Under the pieces are notes generated by a model that was given only the letters and a program-made list of their open reading frames with translations, searched no databases and had not been told where the DNA came from. A DNA stretch of 64,000 bases from a virus (taxonomy: Duplodnaviria; Caudoviricetes), in IMG/VR virus record IMGVR_UViG_2974555739_000001, positions 16,149-80,148 of that record; one strand, written 5' to 3'. Below, piece after piece: positions 30,102 through 39,569 of this stretch. The position numbers and the translations under genes are program-made. How positions within the stretch are numbered: position 1 is the first letter of the stretch; each line of letters begins with the position of its first letter.

Positions 30102-31019
30102 TTAAACAGCGATATCTTCAAATTTAATCGGATCACCTGATTCATAATCAAGCAACTTGAAGTCATCAATTGTAAAATCATAGAAGTTTTTGACTTCAGG
30201 ATTTACCCACAATGTAGGTGTTTTGAATTGTGGACGTTGAATCATTTCTAACATCTGTTCTTCGTGACGGTTATAGATGTGTGCATTATCGATATTAAAT
30301 ACTAATGTTCCAACTTCCATTCCGACTACTTGTGCAATCATACGCTGCAACACGTAATATTGGAAACAGTTAAAAGGATTTCCAGGTGGCATATCATTTG
30401 ACCGAATATTAACTGTCAGATGAAGTTTTTCGTCCCATGTTTGCCAATGAGTTTCATATACACAAGGCGGTAAAGCCATTCCTGTAATATCTTCTACACA
30501 CCATAATGTTGTTTTAATTTGGTTAGAGTAGCGGTTAAAGATCAATGATTGTATCAAATGGTCAACCTGATCCAGCATAAGATGTGGTTTTCCGTCAAAA
30601 ACTCTACCAGGATACAAACCTTTATCCAATTGACTAGTATCGATGTGACCTACATATACAGGCCGCTTCTTGTGTCTTAATTGCCATCCGTAAGCTTTTC
30701 CTATCGTACCATCTTCTTGTTCCCATTGATTCCAAACTGTTTTATCAGTACCGTTTAATTTACGAAGATCATCAACAATATTTGATTTCTTTTGCCAAAT
30801 CCATAACAATTCCCAAATAGGCGTTTTATAACCTAATTTACGAAGCGTAGGGAAAGGGCATTCACCGTTAAATACCATACGCTCATTCAAAACTGATCTA
30901 GCATATGCTGGTGATCCATCAGAATCCCATCTAGCACGAATTGGTTTACCTTCGTTACTTTTACCTTCTGTAAATATTCTGTTTGTAATACGAACGATCT
31001 GTTCATCATACGTTGACAT
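30102..31019 (-). CDS. thyA: Thymidylate synthase, B. subtilis ThyA/phi3T ThyP3 type
   Basis: ALPPCVYETHW, RSNDM..GNPFN, AHIY motifs. Confidence 0.92.
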   Translation of the reverse strand: MSTYDEQIVRITNRIFTEGKSNEGKPIRARWDSDGSPAYARSVLNERMVFNGECPFPTLRKLGYKTPIWELLWIWQKKSNIVDDLRKLNGTDKTVWNQWEQEDGTIGKAYGWQLRHKKRPVYVGHIDTSQLDKGLYPGRVFDGKPHLMLDQVDHLIQSLIFNRYSNQIKTTLWCVEDITGMALPPCVYETHWQTWDEKLHLTVNIRSNDMPPGNPFNCFQYYVLQRMIAQVVGMEVGTLVFNIDNAHIYNRHEEQMLEMIQRPQFKTPTLWVNPEVKNFYDFTIDDFKLLDYESGDPIKFEDIAV

Positions 31020-31023
31020 TCAA

Positions 31024-31173
31024 TCACTCCTGGACTTCAAAATAATAATTATTGGCGGCTACATAAAAGCCATTTACAAATGCTGTATATAAATCAAATG
31101 GATTTTGAACTGTTGTTACAGCTAGTAATCCATTAAGATAACCACGTTTGAAAGCAATCATATCATGCATCAT
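31024..31173 (-). CDS. 49-aa hypothetical protein (MMHDMIAFKRGYLNG...)
   Basis: Manual translation; ATGA overlap with the sigma-factor stop; fills the gap to thyA. Confidence 0.5.
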   Translation of the reverse strand: MMHDMIAFKRGYLNGLLAVTTVQNPFDLYTAFVNGFYVAANNYYFEVQE

Positions 31174-31871
31174 ATTGCCACTCTCCCAAAATGAGCTTCA
31201 GCAAAAGGTTTGATTCTTCTTTTGATAATACGGCCCACTTGAACTTGACTAATGCCTAAACCTTCAGCTATTTCCCTTTGTCCCTTTTCTAACAAAAGTT
31301 GCTCCACTATGTAACGTTCTCTAGGTTGCAGCTTGTCCATAAAATCTTGAGCAATAACATGAGTGTAATCTTCGTCTGTACGCACAAAGTAATCAAATGT
31401 ATCACCGAAAGTATCATCTTCATCAATGAGTTTGTTTGTACTAGTTATAGTGAAGTTCTTGTTTAAAGCAACTGCATCCATAACTTCTTTTTCAGACAAA
31501 CCAACATCTTTCATGATTTCCTTTACGTCTTTTTCGAAAGAGCTTTCACGATTAATCAACGAAAAATGTTCTCTTACGTGACGTGGAAAGCGAATTGATG
31601 TTGTGCGTTCTCTAGCCCAATGCAACCATTCACCTACCATGATCTTGACAGCATAAGTAGAGAATTTGTATTCGCTGAATTTAATCGGATCATACTTAGC
31701 GCAAGCTGTTAATAATCCCATTGAAACAACTTGTTCAATGTCTTCCTTTGAATAATTTGTTTGATTTTCGTTCTTCATCCAGTAACCAGCTAACTTATCA
31801 TTCATAACGAAGCCGATTAAACCTGAATTTTCCGCGAATAAAGCGTTTCTTTCCTCAATAGTTCTTAACAT
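31170..31871 (-). CDS. Sigma-70 family factor, SigF/SigG-like
   Basis: EDIEQVVSMGLL.A..K.DP...KFSTYAV..M.GE region 2; region 4 QREIAEGLGISQVQVGRI. Confidence 0.88.
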   Translation of the reverse strand: MLRTIEERNALFAENSGLIGFVMNDKLAGYWMKNENQTNYSKEDIEQVVSMGLLTACAKYDPIKFSEYKFSTYAVKIMVGEWLHWARERTTSIRFPRHVREHFSLINRESSFEKDVKEIMKDVGLSEKEVMDAVALNKNFTITSTNKLIDEDDTFGDTFDYFVRTDEDYTHVIAQDFMDKLQPRERYIVEQLLLEKGQREIAEGLGISQVQVGRIIKRRIKPFAEAHFGRVAI

Positions 31872-31988
31872 AATTTAAGTTCCCCCTTAAATTTTGGTTA
31901 TAAAGTGAATACGTGATGCATACCCTATGTGATGTAAGTTAATTATATACCAGCAAATATCATTTTGTAAACATTTTTTTCTAATTTT

Positions 31989-32720
31989 TTAGGACATATT
32001 TTTCTTGAGATAAATTGGACACACGCTGCGCATAGTACAAAAGGACTCACAGAAAAATGGAGAATAATTAGCTTGGAATGTACTGTTTTTTATTTTGTTC
32101 CATGCACCTATTACTTTTAATTTTGCAAGCTCCATAAATACATCATCTATAACGAAAGTATGCTGCTGGTCATAAAGTGGAAAGTCAAATTCAAATTTAT
32201 AAGGCATTTCACCATATTTAGCGTAAACAGCAAGTGCGTAAACGTATGGTTGAACTTTCTTTTTCAAAGCGGATTTTTCAAATGGTTTCGATTTTTTATA
32301 ATCGCGGATCACAATACCTTTTTCATCACGGTAAACACAATCGACAAAACCGTGAATAGGTGGAATTCCGAACTGAACTGAATGAGTAAACTCCATTTCA
32401 ACGTCCAGGACATTCAATTGACTGATTTCATAAGCTTTCCTCTCTATTCCGGAAAGGGCCAAATGATATAACTTTTCATATTCTTCTTCAGGAACATAGC
32501 AATACTGATAGTTCTGCATGAAATAATTCTTAGCCTGGAACACTTCGAATTCACCTTTTGCTAACTTTTCCATGATTGTATGAATAAGTGTACCTAAATC
32601 AGCGTGCCAATCGACGGTGTTATCAAGATCATCCATCTTTTCTATATACTTAAATCCGAAATAAAGACCGCATTGCTCATGAAGTTCGATCCTGCTGCTG
32701 CTCAAATACTCCATTACCAC
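31989..32720 (-). CDS. PD-(D/E)xK nuclease, Cas4/AddB-like
   Basis: LSSSRI...EQC; GFVD...IRDYKK; C-terminal CESFCTMRSVC gives a four-Cys set. Confidence 0.8.
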   Translation of the reverse strand: MVMEYLSSSRIELHEQCGLYFGFKYIEKMDDLDNTVDWHADLGTLIHTIMEKLAKGEFEVFQAKNYFMQNYQYCYVPEEEYEKLYHLALSGIERKAYEISQLNVLDVEMEFTHSVQFGIPPIHGFVDCVYRDEKGIVIRDYKKSKPFEKSALKKKVQPYVYALAVYAKYGEMPYKFEFDFPLYDQQHTFVIDDVFMELAKLKVIGAWNKIKNSTFQANYSPFFCESFCTMRSVCPIYLKKNMS

Positions 32721-32962
32721 AACTCCTTATAAACATTTACTTGATCCATTGAAATAGATTCTTCAATTCTTAGGCCACAAATAAGGTTGCTATCAAGGTC
32801 TTGTTGAGTAGTAAGAGGACACGTTGCTAAATAATTTTGAATAGCTTCACGTTGTAAAACACCTAAAGCAACAGTGTTTGGCTCTCTTTTATTAACAGCT
32901 ATAAATGTGTTTGTTTCTTCTTTAATCGCTTTTATAATCGTATCCATAGTAATCATTTGCAT
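32714..32962 (-). CDS. Hypothetical protein
   Basis: GGAGG RBS; ORF track 32714..32977. Confidence 0.55.
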   Translation of the reverse strand: MQMITMDTIIKAIKEETNTFIAVNKREPNTVALGVLQREAIQNYLATCPLTTQQDLDSNLICGLRIEESISMDQVNVYKELW

Positions 32963-33017
32963 ATTAACTACCTCCAATAATATAAAGCCCTACCGAATGG
33001 ACAGCAGGGCTTATAGC

Positions 33018-33209
33018 TTATTTATTTAATCCGTTAAGGTTAATCGTTTCGTTATCAATCGTCTTGTATATGACAACGATAACGTGAATTGTTTCGTTAT
33101 TATTCATAGCTAAATTACTTTTAATATCAACAACGTTAATATTGTATTGGCGTATCCAGTTATTTACGGTTCGATCTTGTTCACCCCAAAATTCCTTAAT
33201 GTGAAGCAT
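33018..33209 (-). CDS. Hypothetical protein
   Basis: 63-aa ORF in the operon. Confidence 0.55.
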   Translation of the reverse strand: MLHIKEFWGEQDRTVNNWIRQYNINVVDIKSNLAMNNNETIHVIVVIYKTIDNETINLNGLNK

Positions 33210-33519
33210 TTTCTGACTCCTTTTTTGCTTGGACTTTATTATACCATTCTACAGCTTGTTCACGAGTCATCTTAGTCATGTGTAAAAAAGCAGCTAACAA
33301 ATCTGCATCATCAACATCTTCACCACGACAATAATTGCAGCTTGTTTCTTGTTCATAAGTTCCATTTTTAGGAGTGAATCCGTTTGGTTCTTCACGGAAA
33401 CCATCACCTTCAGCACAACTATCATCACACCAACGATTACCGCAGTCACAACTTACGTGTGGCCCACAATCAGGAAAGTTATCTTCACAATTTGCACATG
33501 TTAAGTAATCTACACCCAT
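33196..33519 (-). CDS. Cys-rich (Zn-binding) hypothetical protein
   Basis: CANC...C..C.C...C...C and C..C motifs. Confidence 0.6.
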   Translation of the reverse strand: MGVDYLTCANCEDNFPDCGPHVSCDCGNRWCDDSCAEGDGFREEPNGFTPKNGTYEQETSCNYCRGEDVDDADLLAAFLHMTKMTREQAVEWYNKVQAKKESENASH

Positions 33520-33794
33520 TATTCAACACCATCACTTTCAGATAATCTTTTTAGAGCTTCACCATTACGAGCTACAGCTTTTTCAAACGACTTTCTAACA
33601 TCTTCTTTAAGTTTATCATTCAATTCATTGTAACAATCGGTACACAATCCAGCTTCAAACGCTTTAGTTTTAACACCTACCCACTTAAATTCTTGACAAG
33701 ATGGACAAGGGATGTAGTTTTTCATCCGTCCTGATCGAACTTTACTTACGTTTCGTTTCATTTCAATTGTACTACCATTTACCAGGGTAATCAT
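33519..33794 (-). CDS. Zn-finger hypothetical protein
   Basis: CPSC...CTDC; start revised from 33845 to 33794 because of the ATGA overlap with 33791..33940. Confidence 0.55.
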   Translation of the reverse strand: MITLVNGSTIEMKRNVSKVRSGRMKNYIPCPSCQEFKWVGVKTKAFEAGLCTDCYNELNDKLKEDVRKSFEKAVARNGEALKRLSESDGVE

Positions 33795-33940
33795 AACCGT
33801 GTCCTTCTGTACTCTCTTTCTTCCATTTCCTTTTCTTTTTCCCATATCTCCATCTGCTCCTTAAAACAATCATCACATAAGTGAAAATCGTTTGTCATTT
33901 TATTGCTGCAATATAAACATTTATCGGTGTTTGACACCAT
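33791..33940 (-). CDS. 49-aa Zn-finger protein (MVSNTDKCLYC...CDDC...)
   Basis: Manual translation; CxxC-x10-CxxC; AGGAAG RBS. Confidence 0.6.
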   Translation of the reverse strand: MVSNTDKCLYCSNKMTNDFHLCDDCFKEQMEIWEKEKEMEEREYRRTRL

Positions 33941-34106
33941 CCCACTTCCTAGTCTCTTCTCGACTCATTCTCAACATGTACGAAAGATAACGAAGGTATT
34001 CAGGATCATTTTCTACTTTACCTTCGAGAATAACCATCATAGCAGTAACGATTTCTTGTTCAAAATTGATAATATTTTCATTAACTTGCACGATATTTTC
34101 ACTCAT
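33921..34106 (-). CDS. Hypothetical protein
   Basis: 61-aa ORF right after the primase. Confidence 0.5.
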   Translation of the reverse strand: MSENIVQVNENIINFEQEIVTAMMVILEGKVENDPEYLRYLSYMLRMSREETRKWDGVKHR

Positions 34107-34108
34107 TT

Positions 34109-35137
34109 TTAAACCCCCTGAAATTTAGATGCCATTTTTAAACTAAGCATAAAAGTATCTTTCAATGTATCCGCTGGATCAGTCCCTAAAGTCGGCGGCA
34201 TTGTTAACCAAATGTTCTTACCTCTTTGCTTTAATTCAGCAGCTAATTTAACAGCTGAAGCTTGACTAGCTTGTGTTGCATCATTATCAGCAAATATTAC
34301 AATGTTATCAACGCCCATATCACAAAGTAACTTAACTTGTTCAGGTGTTGTTGTGTTACTTAAAGTAGCAACAAAGTTTCCGTAGTCGTATTGTACAGCT
34401 CTCCATACAGAAGCAGCACCTTCTACGACTCCCACCCACCCACGAGACATAGCGTGAACCTTCGCAACACGATAATTATATAACGTCCTTTTAGCTAAAT
34501 AACCTTGTTCCGTTGAGCCGAAACAGTATTTAGGAAACGTTTCATCGTTTGTTGCGCGGCCCTGGAATGCTATGATCCGCATATTTTCATCTAAAATAGG
34601 TATAGTCAGACGATCTTTGAGCAAATTATTCATATTACAGTATCCTAATTTAAACATTTGAGCAATTTCAGGAGTGTATCCACGTCCTTGCCAATATACA
34701 TGTAACTTTCCGCTATCAAAAGCTTCTAAGGTTGTCTTATCGAAATATGTAGGTTTGATAACTTTCGGTTCAAGTTCTATTTGAGTCGCTTCGTGAACTC
34801 CATTCTCGCTACCTGAAGCGAACACCATAACATCTATGGCCTTTCTGAAGCTATATCCCATGTGTTTAGTTAGGAAATCAACAGTGTCTATATTCCCAAA
34901 AGTCCGGTGTGTAAAGTCACTCCAACGCCATTTACTTTCATTTGGGTAGAATGTGACACCAACACCTCCTGGATTATCGCCACCTCTCCACCACGCATTA
35001 ATTCTCCAATCAATAACAATACCTTTGTTTGTTTTTTTGTGCGGTTTTAGATTTTCTATAGGAGCATTAATAAAAGTCATTAAAGCCCCTATATCAATAC
35101 TTCTGTTAAGTTCTTTCATTTCTTCTTGAGAAATCAA
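34109..35137 (-). CDS. dnaG: DnaG-type DNA primase (TOPRIM)
   Basis: RLTIPI...IAFQGR...PKY; VVEG; FADND TOPRIM motifs. Confidence 0.85.
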   Translation of the reverse strand: MISQEEMKELNRSIDIGALMTFINAPIENLKPHKKTNKGIVIDWRINAWWRGGDNPGGVGVTFYPNESKWRWSDFTHRTFGNIDTVDFLTKHMGYSFRKAIDVMVFASGSENGVHEATQIELEPKVIKPTYFDKTTLEAFDSGKLHVYWQGRGYTPEIAQMFKLGYCNMNNLLKDRLTIPILDENMRIIAFQGRATNDETFPKYCFGSTEQGYLAKRTLYNYRVAKVHAMSRGWVGVVEGAASVWRAVQYDYGNFVATLSNTTTPEQVKLLCDMGVDNIVIFADNDATQASQASAVKLAAELKQRGKNIWLTMPPTLGTDPADTLKDTFMLSLKMASKFQGV

Positions 35138-35806
35138 TTATTCCACCCCTAATTCAAAAAGATTAGATACTATCCTTTTGAATTCAACAGCATCTTCCTC
35201 TTTTTTAAAATAACCAAAATGAATCTTTTCTTTATTTATCGTGATTCTCAAACAAAAACTTTGTCCAGCTTTATACCAATTAATGTATTTATGTTTCGAA
35301 GTTTTCGTTTTATCTCTTTTTGTTATTATTTTTCTACCGTCATCTTCAACTGGATTAAGAGAAGCGAATTCACCGAAAAGTTCAATAGCCTTCCTGTTGT
35401 AAATTAACGCTGCATCGATTTCGTTATCATAAGTTCCTAAATCGTAATCTTTTTTATCTTTAGTTATAGAGACTCTCCAGCTTGTTTCTTTTTTCTTAGA
35501 AACACCCAGGTAAACAGAAGAACCACTGATACTTTTTCTATTCCACTTGTTTTGTTGTGGAGTACAAATTCTTAAATTAGACTTTCTGTTATCTAATTTA
35601 TTTCCATTAATATGATCCACGACTACATTAGGATCAATAACACCCAAAATGAACCTATGCAAATATATCCTGAAACGTTCGCCATTGATTCTTTTTAGTC
35701 TTGAAGCGTAACCATTATTGAAATACCAATTAAAACGAGAAATGATTTCATAATCACCATCATCAACAATAGCTTCTTTCCCTTGAGAAAGTGGTATCTT
35801 CTTCAT
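35138..35806 (-). CDS. HNH homing endonuclease with AP2 domains
   Basis: YLHRFI...VDHINGNKLDNRKSNLR; YLGVS...W; second AP2-like repeat. Confidence 0.9.
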   Translation of the reverse strand: MKKIPLSQGKEAIVDDGDYEIISRFNWYFNNGYASRLKRINGERFRIYLHRFILGVIDPNVVVDHINGNKLDNRKSNLRICTPQQNKWNRKSISGSSVYLGVSKKKETSWRVSITKDKKDYDLGTYDNEIDAALIYNRKAIELFGEFASLNPVEDDGRKIITKRDKTKTSKHKYINWYKAGQSFCLRITINKEKIHFGYFKKEEDAVEFKRIVSNLFELGVE

Positions 35807-35808
35807 AA

Positions 35809-37179
35809 CTATAGCTCCTTTATTCTATGGAAATCATTGAACCATAAGTCAACTGTTTTCCCTTCATCTTTACGATCAATTTTACGGCCCATTACAAGCT
35901 CAAGATAATGTGTTCCTTGATGTTGGTGTGAATTCTCGTACCCTGGACGATTCTTTCTAAGAACGAAAATAACATCACCTAGTTTTGTAAAGTGAGAAGT
36001 TTCGGCAAATCTAGCTTTACCTTTTTCATCTACCCACATCTGACCGCTTGTAATAACAGGAATATCACATTGTTTAGCGATTTTCTCTTTAAGTGTATCG
36101 ATTTTAGCGGCTAATAACAAATCAGTACGGCCCTTTTCTACTTCATGAGACTGAATTTTAACGTAGTCATAAGTGAAAAGTTCAATTCCTTCCTGCATTT
36201 GAAGCAGTTTGACCTTACTTTCAAGCTCTGAATTGGTCATTTCGTTCGCGTTAAAATGAAAAAACGGTGTCATTTCAATCACGTCATATGCATCTATTAG
36301 CGCTTGTTTTTGCTTATCTGTTAAGAAAGGCTCACCATTTGGTTTAGTGTCTTCTGATGCCATTATCTGTTCTTCGGTAAGGCCAGCTTCTTTCGCCAAT
36401 AATCGCATTAAAACTTCTTCATCGAACATTTCTGTATCTGCATAAGCTGTTGGTATTCCTAAATTTCTAGCTACATACCAGGAAATATCAAGCATTACAG
36501 ATGATTTACCAATCTTTTCTTCAGCACCGATAACATACAATGCTTTTTTACGAAGATTTTTCATTAATTTATTCATCTTAGGATACTTACCGCCGATATT
36601 AATGCCTTCGATTTCTTTGTTCTTAATCTTCTCTTTGATCCGGTCTAACTTTGAACCAATTTTAGTTATCTTCTCGTGAGTTCTAATTGAATCAGCGAGA
36701 AAATAAGTAGCAGTTTTGATGTGAGTATCCATTTCTTCCAGGTCTTCAAACTGCTTATTACCTTCATCAGTGTTAGTTATAGCGAATGTGTGAATTTTAG
36801 CTGAAAGATCAATACATTTACGGCGATAAGATAAACTTTTTAACGTTTTCATTTGTTCTGTTACAGCTGGTGATTCAGGTAGTGTATCGTCTACAAGACT
36901 TCTTACAGCTTGTACACCACCGATACCCATTAAACAATCATAGCCTTCTTTGTTCGTATTCTCAAGAAGTGTCATAATACCTTCAGGAGTTACATCACCA
37001 TCAGCAGCAAGGCGTTTGATAGCACCAAATGTAAATCTACAGTAAGGAAAGAAAAAGTCATCAGCTTTTAATTCCTGACCGATTATTGTAATCATAGCAG
37101 GTCTTGTCATCAAAACCTTCAAGATATATGTTTCTGTTGAATTTGAGCTTAACGCTGCTTTAGGATCACTAACCGTCAT
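35809..37179 (-). CDS. dnaB: DnaB-like replicative helicase
   Basis: LYVIGAEEKIGKS Walker A; YADTEM; TYDYV; PVITSGQ. Confidence 0.85.
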   Translation of the reverse strand: MTVSDPKAALSSNSTETYILKVLMTRPAMITIIGQELKADDFFFPYCRFTFGAIKRLAADGDVTPEGIMTLLENTNKEGYDCLMGIGGVQAVRSLVDDTLPESPAVTEQMKTLKSLSYRRKCIDLSAKIHTFAITNTDEGNKQFEDLEEMDTHIKTATYFLADSIRTHEKITKIGSKLDRIKEKIKNKEIEGINIGGKYPKMNKLMKNLRKKALYVIGAEEKIGKSSVMLDISWYVARNLGIPTAYADTEMFDEEVLMRLLAKEAGLTEEQIMASEDTKPNGEPFLTDKQKQALIDAYDVIEMTPFFHFNANEMTNSELESKVKLLQMQEGIELFTYDYVKIQSHEVEKGRTDLLLAAKIDTLKEKIAKQCDIPVITSGQMWVDEKGKARFAETSHFTKLGDVIFVLRKNRPGYENSHQHQGTHYLELVMGRKIDRKDEGKTVDLWFNDFHRIKEL

Positions 37180-37185
37180 TGCTAA

Positions 37186-37731
37186 TTACCTCCAAATCTT
37201 AACCCACCGCACAATATGAATAGGTGCATAAAACAAATCGCACAAATTGTTATTTTTAACTTTTCTATCATAATCGATGAATCGGAATGCTTTTCTATCG
37301 TGCCAAATACGTTGACAAGCGCTTTTGAAACCACGTTCTTTACGCATACGTCGAAATCTTCTTAATAATGATGTTTCAACATAAATGACCATTATGTTTT
37401 CTCTTCCTATTTTAGTAGCTAGGAATTCAACACCAGCTGGATCAATAATATAAACATCGCTTTCGACTAACTGCTTGAGTGTACCGAAATAATCATGACC
37501 ATCAAACCTGGTATGAGCAATAATTTCTTCTTCATGAAGCATTACAGTAGCTTGTACAGGTGTAATAAATTCATGAGTTTCTTCGCTTTCAAATCTCTTT
37601 GGACGTGAAGTGTAACTTTTTAAATCCGTTAATCCGTAACGTTCTAGTTCTTTTGAAATTGTTGATTTGCCTGTCCCACTTTTACCCACCAAACAAACGA
37701 TTCTATCTTGACCTTTTAGAAAAGTATTCAT
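37186..37731 (-). CDS. gmk: Guanylate kinase-like nucleoside monophosphate kinase
   Basis: LVGKSGTGKS P-loop; SYTSRPKR.E; YFG; IDP.G. Confidence 0.8.
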   Translation of the reverse strand: MNTFLKGQDRIVCLVGKSGTGKSTISKELERYGLTDLKSYTSRPKRFESEETHEFITPVQATVMLHEEEIIAHTRFDGHDYFGTLKQLVESDVYIIDPAGVEFLATKIGRENIMVIYVETSLLRRFRRMRKERGFKSACQRIWHDRKAFRFIDYDRKVKNNNLCDLFYAPIHIVRWVKIWR

Positions 37732-37909
37732 TGACTTCCTCCTTAGTCATTTCGCTTCTAACCACTTCACCACTTAAAGAAGCCCAATCAGTGAAATCGT
37801 TTGGCATTCTGCAATTGTGAGTATCATAAACGGTGATGTTATTTCTATCTTGCTGCTTCCATTTCTTCATTAATTCTTGCATTGAAACGCCGCGTTTAGG
37901 TCTAGGCAT
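37703..37909 (-). CDS. Hypothetical protein
   Basis: 68-aa ORF in the operon. Confidence 0.5.
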   Translation of the reverse strand: MPRPKRGVSMQELMKKWKQQDRNNITVYDTHNCRMPNDFTDWASLSGEVVRSEMTKEEVNEYFSKRSR

Positions 37910-38252
37910 TTTTCACTAACCCCTCATTCTTCCACCAATCATTACGTTTGCCTTGTAATTGGCAACTGATGATGACATATTTTCCACACTCTTCTTTCTT
38001 ACAAATGAACTGCATCCTTTCATTCATAGAACCAGCTACTTCATAACGTCTTTCTTTTCCATTCGCTAAGAAGCCGCCTAACTTAGAATTTCTGAATTTG
38101 CGGATAATTTCAGTTCGAACAGCGTTGATGTCAAGTCCAGCTGGATCAAGATTCTGTCTTTCAACAAAACGAATAACTGCATGATCTGACATAAACACTT
38201 TAACATTACCTATAAAATTACGTCTAACTTTATTTTTATAATGATTTGCCAT
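37902..38252 (-). CDS. Hypothetical protein with SDHA..RF.ER motif
   Basis: GGAGG RBS supports start at 38252; ORF track 37902..38288. Confidence 0.55.
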   Translation of the reverse strand: MANHYKNKVRRNFIGNVKVFMSDHAVIRFVERQNLDPAGLDINAVRTEIIRKFRNSKLGGFLANGKERRYEVAGSMNERMQFICKKEECGKYVIISCQLQGKRNDWWKNEGLVKNA

Positions 38253-38268
38253 TAAATTACCTCCCTTA

Positions 38269-38709
38269 TCACCACTCTTCAGTGTCAAGCCAATTTAATT
38301 TCTTTTTCTTATCTTTATTATAACCATTTAAACCATTATTTTCAACGTTTTCTTTTTGTTTAGGGCTATAAATATCTAAATCATTTGAAGATTCTTTTTC
38401 GTGGGCCTTAATTTCTTCAGCAACAGCACGGCCCTTCCAATATTTCAAGCTTTCGGGTAGAACATCATAACCTAAACTTCCAATCGATCTGAAGCGTTTT
38501 CCTGTCATTTGCGAATACTTGATTGTATTAATAATGATTTCGTTTGTAGAAAGATCAGTTTCGATATTATTTTCTTCCAGGTATTTATTGACTGTTTTGC
38601 GAAGTTGAGCAAGCATAATACCCATACGGCGCTTTTCTGAAGGCGTGAAAGGTTGCCCATGCTCAAATGTCTTGATAAATAAATCGGTTACATCTTTATT
38701 TTTAATCAT
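38269..38709 (-). CDS. Hypothetical protein
   Basis: AAGGAG RBS supports start at 38709. Confidence 0.55.
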   Translation of the reverse strand: MIKNKDVTDLFIKTFEHGQPFTPSEKRRMGIMLAQLRKTVNKYLEENNIETDLSTNEIIINTIKYSQMTGKRFRSIGSLGYDVLPESLKYWKGRAVAEEIKAHEKESSNDLDIYSPKQKENVENNGLNGYNKDKKKKLNWLDTEEW

Positions 38710-38775
38710 AGTATAATCTCCTTTTTTAGACAAAATAAAAAGAGGTGCAATGATAAACACCTCTTATTTAATTAA

Positions 38776-39552
38776 TCACCAAATGTTAGCGAATAATTGA
38801 GCTACATTACTACGTTCTGACTTCTGCATTTCAACTAGCCCTACCAGCGAAGGCCATCCGTTGTTTTCAAATGCTTTAACACCATTCAGAAGGCCGTTTT
38901 TATCACCTCTGTATTTATGGTCAAACGCTTGTTTATAATCACCAGCGTAAACGATCTTGCTCTTAAATCCTACCCTAGAACCTAACATTTGAAACAAGTC
39001 ATTACAAAGCATTTGAGCTTCTTCAACAATAACAAATGTCTTGTCCCATGTGATCCCCTGTTGATAAGCAGGAGTATCGAATTCAATAGAAGACATTAAA
39101 TCGTAAGCTTCATCGCCGCAAAGGTTAGTGATTGTCTTGATCCAGGGCGCTAATTTTTCTTCTTTCGTTCCTGGTAATAGACCTAAATCCTTTCCGACTG
39201 TAGCAGGATTACGTAAAATTAAGATTTTTTCAATAGGATTGTGATAATCGATTAGCTTTTTTAATGCAAATTCGAAAGCCATTCTTGTTTTACCACCACC
39301 GGCAACACCGGTTAAAATTTTTACAGGGATTTCATCGTTATCTAATAAATCGAAAGCCATTTTCTGTTCTGTATTTCTAGGTTTGATTGACTTTACATCG
39401 TAAGCTAGAGGAACTAATTCTTGACCATTCCAGCGGAAAATATCAGCATTATCAATAATAATGTACTGATTATTATAAAATGTACCGCCTTGTTCGATAT
39501 GAGCGTTTAGTTCGTCACTTGTGAAATTTTGAAATCCTTTGTAAATATCCAT
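38776..39552 (-). CDS. phoH: PhoH-family ATPase
   Basis: PRNTEQ..A...L; GVAGGGKT; LGLLPG..EEK..PW; VEEAQ; GD.KQ; RS.VA. Confidence 0.9.
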   Translation of the reverse strand: MDIYKGFQNFTSDELNAHIEQGGTFYNNQYIIIDNADIFRWNGQELVPLAYDVKSIKPRNTEQKMAFDLLDNDEIPVKILTGVAGGGKTRMAFEFALKKLIDYHNPIEKILILRNPATVGKDLGLLPGTKEEKLAPWIKTITNLCGDEAYDLMSSIEFDTPAYQQGITWDKTFVIVEEAQMLCNDLFQMLGSRVGFKSKIVYAGDYKQAFDHKYRGDKNGLLNGVKAFENNGWPSLVGLVEMQKSERSNVAQLFANIW

Positions 39553-39569
39553 GTAAAAACCTCTTCCTG

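Noticed and set aside
30102-31019. Base-modification enzyme (dUMP/dCMP hydroxymethylase)
   Set aside because: Motifs match B. subtilis-type ThyA, including the dUMP-specifying Asn in PFN; no modification gene cluster nearby.
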